In this document: piece by piece, positions 7,696 to 13,043 of the stretch
How the letters are laid out: every line of letters starts with the position of its first letter
Numbering within the stretch: position 1 is the first letter of the stretch
Assembly: GCA_031414955.1 (NCBI GenBank)
Contig: JANOQV010000122.1
Span: 1 to 13,043 of the forward strand
Direction of reading: 5' to 3'
Source of the DNA: Pedosphaera sp.
GTDB taxonomy: Bacteria; Verrucomicrobiota; Verrucomicrobiia; Limisphaerales; SIBH01
Length of the DNA: 13,043 nt
Program-made: the position numbers and the translations under genes
Notes under the pieces: model-generated
The model's database searches: none
What the model saw: only the letters and a program-made list of their open reading frames with translations
What the model was told of the DNA's origin: nothing

Positions 7696-8799
7696 CTATT
7701 CCGGCAAGGCTCGTCCCAGGAAGTGGAGGAAGTTTCCGTGCGAGATGCCTGCAATGTCCTGCTCGCTGTAGCCGCGGGCGCGAAGGAGTTCCGGGACGCG
7801 CGCCAGGTCGGCGACGGTTCGAAGATCCATCGGGGTCTGTTCCGTGCCGAACCCGCCGTCGAGATCCGAGCCGATGCCAGAATGCTTTGCGCTCCCGGCG
7901 ATCTGGCAGACGTGGTCGATGTGCTCGACGAGCTTTTCCAGGGTGAGCCCGACGGCTTGCGGCGTGGTTTGCTGGCGCACCCAGTTCGGCACCATCATCC
8001 ACGCGTCCAAGGCGGCACCAATGACCGCGCCGCGTTGCGTCAAGGCTTTGATCTGTTCATCGCTCAATTGTCGCTGGTGCGGCGCGAGGGCGCGGCAGTC
8101 GGAATGGCTCGCCCAGATCGGACCCTGGTAGAGGTCGAGCGCTTCCCAGAATTCCTCGTCTGTCAGATGCGTGACGTCGAGAATCAGGCCGAGGCGATCC
8201 ATTTCCCGGAGCAGTTCGCGACCCCGTGCGGGAAATTTACCGGTGGCATCGGTGCCTTGGGCATAAAGTCCCGGCCCATAGTGCGCCGGCCCCAGCGCGC
8301 GCAATCCTTGCTCATAGGATTGTTCGAGATGTTTGAAGGAGAGGATGGAATCCGCGCCTTCGAGTGAGAGAATGTAGCCGATGGGTTTCACCACCTCTGG
8401 ACTCGTAGCAGCCGAGGTAACGAGGCTCTGACTTTCTCCAGTCCAAAGGTCCACCTGCCGCTCCAACTCGCCGCGCGTCCTTATCTGCTCCATCTCGCCG
8501 CGGTGTTCCATGGCGCGATACCATGCGAGCTGGCCTTGCGTCTGCGCCCAGGCCTGCTCCGGCGAATGCCAGCCGGGCCGGGGATTGCCACGCTTCACGT
8601 AGCGGGCGATTTGCGTGGCTACGCACACGCCGATGCCGCCGCGTCGCATCTCGGGAAAGCAGACCGTGCCGCGTTCACGATCCGGTTTGTCCGTGAGGTG
8701 CTGTTCCCGTTCATGAATTTCCGCGAGCGGCCGGGTGAAGTCGCGGTTCCACTCCAGCGCGTTCATGGCGAGGTCGAGGTGAGCGTCGAGAATGAGCAT
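7696..8799 (-). CDS. Membrane dipeptidase family (peptidase M19, amidohydrolase fold)
   Basis: MLILDAHLD, SLEGAD, LDVTHL, ASHSDCR and GIGSDLDGG motifs. Start placed at ATG 8799, because the HxD motif is normally at the N-terminus. Confidence 0.93.
   Translation of the reverse strand: MLILDAHLDLAMNALEWNRDFTRPLAEIHEREQHLTDKPDRERGTVCFPEMRRGGIGVCVATQIARYVKRGNPRPGWHSPEQAWAQTQGQLAWYRAMEHRGEMEQIRTRGELERQVDLWTGESQSLVTSAATSPEVVKPIGYILSLEGADSILSFKHLEQSYEQGLRALGPAHYGPGLYAQGTDATGKFPARGRELLREMDRLGLILDVTHLTDEEFWEALDLYQGPIWASHSDCRALAPHQRQLSDEQIKALTQRGAVIGAALDAWMMVPNWVRQQTTPQAVGLTLEKLVEHIDHVCQIAGSAKHSGIGSDLDGGFGTEQTPMDLRTVADLARVPELLRARGYSEQDIAGISHGNFLHFLGRALPE
8401..8431. repeat. Solo family-A REP arm, in-frame inside the dipeptidase gene
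   Basis: 8401-8428 (actcgtagcagccgaggtaacgaggctc) is identical over 28/28 nt to 201-228. On the coding strand it reads QSLVTSAATS. Confidence 0.92.
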
Positions 8800-9028
8800 G
8801 GGGCAATTGACGAACGTGGCCTGGTGAAAGGCGAGGGAAAATTCCTCTGCGCCGGAGAAGCTACGCCGGCTTTCGGACCGAATTGCCGCTCGGGCTGGGA
8901 CCTTCTTCCAGCCCAATTCCCATGGTCCCAGATCGGCTGCGGACATGGCTGGCCAAGAAATGAATCGAAGATTTCTCCGGACGGGTGTTTCAATCCGATC
9001 CGGTCGCGCCCGTCGCACCGCAATATTC

Positions 9029-9757
9029 ATGCACAATCAAGACCTGAATCATTTGCCTCAGCCGGTCGGCTCCTTGGTGTCGAGTTGGAAACCGCCCGCA
9101 CCTCCGGGCTGCGAGCCGATGCCAGGCTTGTTCTGCCGTCTCGAACCGCTCGATCCGGAGCGTCATGCCCGCGCGCTTTTCGAGGCCAATGCGGAAGAGG
9201 CCGATGGCCGGAGTTGGACCTATCTGCCCTACGGGCCGTTTGAGAGTTTTGAAAACTACCGGGCGTGGATGGGGCAGACCTGTGGCGGAAGTGATCCGCT
9301 CTTCTTCACCATTCAGGATGGCGCGCGGGCCGTTCCGGTTGGTCTGGCGAGCTACCTGCGCATTGATCCCCAAGCTGGTTCCATCGAAGTGGGGCATCTC
9401 AAGTTCTCGCCCCAGATGCAGCGCACGCCCATCGCGACGGAGGCGATGTTCCTGATGATGCAGCGCGCCTTTGCGCTGGGCTACAGGCGCTACGAGTGGA
9501 AGTGCCATTCGCTCAACGCCCCTTCGCGCACCGCTGCGCAGCGTCTGGGCTTTTCCTTCGAGGGAATCTTTCGCCAGGCTGCGGTGGTCAAGGGACGGAG
9601 CCGAGACACGGCTTGGTATTCGGTGATCGATCAGGAATGGCCACGACTGAGGGCCGTCTTCGAGCAATGGCTTTCGCCGGACAATTTTGACGCGCAAGGA
9701 AAGCAGCGTCGGGCGCTTTCGGATCTGACACGTCCGCTGCTGCACCGGCAGGGTTGA
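9029..9757 (+). CDS. GNAT family N-acetyltransferase (RimJ/RimL-like)
   Basis: WTYLPYGPF, GSIEVGH, LGYRRYEWKC, NAPSRTAAQRLGFSFEGIFRQ and KGRSRDTAWYS motifs. ATG at 9029. Confidence 0.93.
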   Translation: MHNQDLNHLPQPVGSLVSSWKPPAPPGCEPMPGLFCRLEPLDPERHARALFEANAEEADGRSWTYLPYGPFESFENYRAWMGQTCGGSDPLFFTIQDGARAVPVGLASYLRIDPQAGSIEVGHLKFSPQMQRTPIATEAMFLMMQRAFALGYRRYEWKCHSLNAPSRTAAQRLGFSFEGIFRQAAVVKGRSRDTAWYSVIDQEWPRLRAVFEQWLSPDNFDAQGKQRRALSDLTRPLLHRQG

Positions 9758-9760
9758 GCG

Positions 9761-9883
9761 TTACCTCAGCAACTCAACCAGCCGTTCGCGTGCCTGGCGA
9801 GAAAGCCATCCGGCCGGTGTGCCGCGCCGCAGCGCCATGTGGAAGCGGTGATCCTCGTCGGGAAAAAGCTCGGAGAAGTTTAT
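9761..9883 (-). pseudogene. Possible gene remnant (40 codons, begins ATA)
   Basis: The minus strand reads INFSELFPDEDHRFHMALRRGTPAGWLSRQARERLVELLR*, which is protein-like but has no ATG/GTG/TTG at its start. Any family assignment is from memory only and unverified. Confidence 0.35.
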
Positions 9884-9901
9884 CGTAAATTCAGCAACAA
9901 T

Positions 9902-11122
9902 TCACGACCCCAGCTTGCGCAACACCGCGCCCAGTCCGCCTTCCTCCGGTTCGATGTCGATCGGTGCGTCGGGTTGCCCTGCGCTGCCGGTGCTGGCGGG
10001 CCTGGCTGATGGTTCAGTCATTGGTCGCGCGGTTTTGCCCGGGGCTTTTTCCGCGCAGGGCAGGGGAGGAGGTTCGGCGACTTCGCTGTCCGGCGCCTCG
10101 TCGTTGGCATTGGGCTTATGCCACGTCGCGCGTTTCGCCATCCAGGTCTGGTAGCGCGCGAAAGTCCACATGCCTGAGTCCGCTCCCATCTCCATCACCT
10201 GCATGATTTTGAAGAACTCGCGGTTGCGGATGAAGTTCTTCACCGGAATGGTCGGCATCAGAATCTCACACTCGGGGACGCGAATTTCCAAATCAGGCCG
10301 GTAGCGCAGTCGTTGTGTCACCACCGCCACCAGACAATCCGCCAACTGCGCCGCGATCGCGTTCTGGATCTCCGCCGGGAACGCCCCCACCACTCGTTGC
10401 AGCGCCTCGATGCACGAGGAGGAATGCACCGTGGCCAGCACCAGATGGCCGGTCTCCGCGGCGCTCAAGGTCAGCCGCAAGGTGGACGGATCGCGCATCT
10501 CGCCGACCATCAACACGTCGGGATCCTCGCGCAAGGAGTCGAGCAACGCCTGCTCGAAGCTCGGCGTGTCGCGCCCGACTTCGCGCTGGCGCAGAAAGGC
10601 GCGACGCGGCTTGAACACGTATTCGATGGGGCTCTCCAGGGTGATGATGTGCCGCGCCTCGCTCAGGTTCAGCTCCTGAATCAGCGCGGCCATGGTCGAA
10701 GATTTGCCGCAACCCGTCGGTCCGCTCAGGAGAATCAGCCCATGCGGCGAAGTCACGAGCCGCTTCAGGTCGGGATGCAGGTTCAGGTTCTCGATCGTCG
10801 CCTGAAAGGTGCTCAACAACCGGATGGCGAAGCCCACGCCCCGCGAAGTCTGCAGCACATTGATGCGACAGCGCACCCCGGCAATCGTCCGCGACAGGTC
10901 ATGCGAGCGCCGTTCCAGAAATTCATTCCAATGCGCCGTGCCGATCACCTCCCGCGCGAACTCCAGCAGCGTCTTGGCCGGCATCGTTTCGCCCAAGGTG
11001 CGCAGCGCGCCCCGCACCCGCAGCGTCGCGGGCAGGCCCGCTTCGAGATGCAGGTCGCTCGCGCCCTGTTCGCGCGCCACGGCGATGAGAGATTCCAAGG
11101 TCATGCCTCTGGTCACAGCCAT
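9902..11122 (-). CDS. PilT/PilU family type IV pilus-type ATPase with a low-complexity C-terminal tail
   Basis: GASDLHL, Walker A GPTGCGKS, RQREVGRDT, Walker B region LREDPDVLMVGEMRD, His box ETGHLVLATVH. Alternative start ATG at 11104. Confidence 0.92.
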   Translation of the reverse strand: MAVTRGMTLESLIAVAREQGASDLHLEAGLPATLRVRGALRTLGETMPAKTLLEFAREVIGTAHWNEFLERRSHDLSRTIAGVRCRINVLQTSRGVGFAIRLLSTFQATIENLNLHPDLKRLVTSPHGLILLSGPTGCGKSSTMAALIQELNLSEARHIITLESPIEYVFKPRRAFLRQREVGRDTPSFEQALLDSLREDPDVLMVGEMRDPSTLRLTLSAAETGHLVLATVHSSSCIEALQRVVGAFPAEIQNAIAAQLADCLVAVVTQRLRYRPDLEIRVPECEILMPTIPVKNFIRNREFFKIMQVMEMGADSGMWTFARYQTWMAKRATWHKPNANDEAPDSEVAEPPPLPCAEKAPGKTARPMTEPSARPASTGSAGQPDAPIDIEPEEGGLGAVLRKLGS

Positions 11123-11203
11123 CTCCGTTCAACAATCCAACGGCCCGATGGTTGCAAACCGATTGGAGCGCGCCACCCCGCCGTCGTGCAAGAGTGGAGT
11201 GCG

Positions 11204-11389
11204 CCAGGCGAAGTTGATGTTCTTGTTCAACCCCGACTCTCCGGCCCGCGCCAGCCAGGCGAGCAGATGCTGACACTCCGCCGTCCGGGTGCGGCGACGG
11301 TTTAATATGATGAGGCCGGTCTCGGGAGCAGTGCCGGCGAGGGCGAGGAAATCCTGCCGGTTACAGGTGATGAAGATGGCCTGGGTTTC
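11204..11389 (-). pseudogene. C-terminal remnant of a PIN-like (DUF5615/VapC45-like) toxin gene
   Basis: AIFITCNRQDFLAL...GLIILNRRR resembles the 'liT.d.DF...Giivl' core of DUF5615 PIN-like proteins. There is no N-terminal acidic motif or start codon in the ~110 nt before the dnaE stop. Confidence 0.6.
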
Positions 11390-11498
11390 CAGCCACTGGT
11401 GGCGGCCACGTGGGACGGGCGGAAGGGCGCATCGCCGAAGTTGGTTCCACCCGAGGACCGGCTGGCCATCGGCTGCCCGAAGCACAGCCCGTGGCGCC

Positions 11499-13043
11499 CT
11501 ACTCGCCGGCCATGGCCGGCTCCGACTTCCGCTCCCAAGCGCGCTTGGGCTTCTCTGGCAGGGTCGTGTCCACGCGGGCGTAATAGGTTTCTTCGCCGAA
11601 CTGGTGGTCGGCGGCCTGCTGGAGTTCCAGCGAGGGCGCGACGAAGTATTTGTCGTGGGTCTCAATGAAAACGATCTCGCCGCCGGGTTGGCGGATGCAG
11701 AGGAAGAGCGGGCATTTGCCGGGGAACCGGCCGACCAGCTCGAGGATGCCGTGCAGCTTCTCTTCGTTGAGGTGGACGGCGTTGAGGCGCAGGTGGACTT
11801 GTTTGGTGAATTTCTTCGGCGCCTCTTCCAGCGGCATCAACTCAGTCGGGAACAATTTCGGCGGACCATCATCGTTGTTTACTTCGCCCACGACGAGGAG
11901 CGCGCGGTTTACTTCGAGGAGCGCGCGGTACTTGTCGTAGTTCTCGTTCATGCAGAGCATGGCGAACGCGCCTTCCAGATCTTCGAGCGTGACCATCGCG
12001 TAGGGCTTGCCGCTCTTCTTCGACATGCCGGCGGTCACGCCGGTGATGATGCCGCCCAGGCGCGTCATGCTGCGGCTGGGGAGCGCGGCGGCGGTCTTGG
12101 AATTCGCCAGGGTGTAACGCTCCAGAATCGGCGCGAAGGGCGTGAGCGGATGGCCGGTGATGTAGAAGCCAAGCAACTCCTTCTCGTTGGAAAGCAGTTC
12201 GCTCTGCGACCATTCCGGCACGCGGAGCAGTCCGTCGTCCTTGGTCTCGGCGCGTTCCTCCAACATGCCGAACATGGACACCTGGCCCCGCGCCCGATCC
12301 GTGGCGGCACTGGACGCGCGGCCCACCACGCGGTCGATGGACGCGAAGAGCGTGGCGCGCGTCTCGCCAAAGCAATCGCAGCCGCCGGATTTAATCAGCG
12401 ACTCAATCGCCTTCTTGTTCACCGCACGCAGATCGACGCGCTCCAGCATGTCGGGAAATGATTTGAAGGGGCCGCCTTCCGTGCGCGCGGCGAGGATGCT
12501 TTCGACGGCCGTTTCACCCACGCCTTTGATCGCGGCGAGACCGAAGCGGATGACGGAGCGCCGAGCATCGCTCGGCTCGGTGGCTTTCCCGTCGCCCGGC
12601 CGAGCAATGCCCGGCGCTCCGCGGCGCGGTGCGGGGGCGAAGAACATCTCGCCTTCGTTCACGTCGGGTTGGAGCACATCGACGCCCATCGAACGCGCCT
12701 CGTTAAGCAGGATGACCAGCTTGTCCGTGCTGCTCAGGTCGTTCGTCATCATGGCGCACAGGAACTCCACCGGGTAGTTCGCCTTCAGATACGCCGTCTG
12801 ATACGCCACGATGGCGTAAGCCGCCGCGTGTGATTTGTTGAAACCGTAGCCGGCAAATTTTTCCAGCAAGTCGAACACTTCGTTCGCCTTCGACTCGGGA
12901 ATGTTGTTCTTCGCCTTGCAGCCTTTGACGAAGTTCACGCGCTGGCTCTGCATCTCCTCGATCTTCTTCTTGCCCATCGCGCGCCGCAGCAAATCCGCCG
13001 CGCCCAGCGTGTAGCCGGCGAGCAACTGCGTGGCCTGCATGAC
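11499..13043 (-). CDS. dnaE: DNA polymerase III alpha subunit (3' half; 5' end outside the window)
   Basis: ADLLRRAMGKK, FAGYGFNKSHAAAY, AYLKANYP, IRFGLAAIKGVG (HhH region), EKELLGFYITGHPL, and an OB-fold (AMVTLEDLEG). Confidence 0.98.
   Translation of the reverse strand, partial: VMQATQLLAGYTLGAADLLRRAMGKKKIEEMQSQRVNFVKGCKAKNNIPESKANEVFDLLEKFAGYGFNKSHAAAYAIVAYQTAYLKANYPVEFLCAMMTNDLSSTDKLVILLNEARSMGVDVLQPDVNEGEMFFAPAPRRGAPGIARPGDGKATEPSDARRSVIRFGLAAIKGVGETAVESILAARTEGGPFKSFPDMLERVDLRAVNKKAIESLIKSGGCDCFGETRATLFASIDRVVGRASSAATDRARGQVSMFGMLEERAETKDDGLLRVPEWSQSELLSNEKELLGFYITGHPLTPFAPILERYTLANSKTAAALPSRSMTRLGGIITGVTAGMSKKSGKPYAMVTLEDLEGAFAMLCMNENYDKYRALLEVNRALLVVGEVNNDDGPPKLFPTELMPLEEAPKKFTKQVHLRLNAVHLNEEKLHGILELVGRFPGKCPLFLCIRQPGGEIVFIETHDKYFVAPSLELQQAADHQFGEETYYARVDTTLPEKPKRAWERKSEPAMAGE
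12554..12621. repeat. REP-like inverted doublet (family E), in-frame inside dnaE
   Basis: 12554-12576 (cggagcgccgagcatcgctcggc) vs reverse complement of 12599-12621 (cggagcgccgggcattgctcggc): 21/23 identical. Each arm is GGAG-C plus a 7-bp stem (gccgagc-atc-gctcggc in the left arm). Translated as RGAPGIARPGDGKATEPSDARRS. Confidence 0.85.

Noticed and set aside
201..8433. CRISPR array interpretation of the 28-nt repeat
   Set aside because: Copies are inverted or 8 kb apart rather than regularly spaced direct repeats, and there are no cas genes.
8800..9036. N-terminal extensions of the dipeptidase (to 9036) and the GNAT (from 8945) in the ORF track
   Set aside because: The extensions overlap each other and lack family features. 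Conserved motifs begin at ATG 8799 and ATG 9029.
9761..9904. TGA readthrough or selenocysteine extension of the PilT-like gene (the downstream 40-codon frame is in phase with its stop)
   Set aside because: Being in phase has a 1-in-3 chance, no SECIS-like hairpin is evident right after the TGA, and the PilT tail already ends plausibly.
9975..10062. 10-bp inverted repeat tgccctgcgc / gcgcagggca in the PilT tail as another in-frame REPIN
   Set aside because: It is short and GC-rich, has no GTAG/GGAG foot and no internal hairpin per arm, so it is compatible with chance.
11460..11502. GLCFGQP as a DUF433 antitoxin remnant, and gtagggcg at the dnaE stop as a family-B arm
   Set aside because: Both matches are too short. 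A small hairpin with a cTTCGg loop follows but has no U-tract and no partner arm.

Overview
High-GC bacterial chromosomal region, probably PVC superphylum (Verrucomicrobia-like; inferred from the PVC-type heme-binding dehydrogenase). Gene order: 5'-truncated valS (+), a PVC-type propeller/HEAT/CxxCH protein (+), a coupled ECF sigma / putative anti-sigma / small exported protein operon (+), M19 dipeptidase (-), GNAT acetyltransferase (+), a 40-codon gene remnant (-), an orphan PilT/PilU-like ATPase (-), a PIN-like toxin remnant (-), and the 3' half of dnaE (-). The main signal lies outside the gene list. Five sequence-distinct families of REP-like hairpin elements with GTAG/GGAG feet (degenerate in one family) occur at six loci in 13 kb. 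Three loci are intergenic inverted doublets (REPINs). Three are in-frame inside coding genes: a doublet in valS, an identical 28-nt solo arm in the dipeptidase, and a doublet of another family in dnaE. Arm-to-arm differences include compensatory base-pair swaps that keep the hairpins. This suggests REP-type elements that invade ORFs and become translated protein loops. No cognate RAYT transposase is in the window. valS also has two other unexplained insertions.
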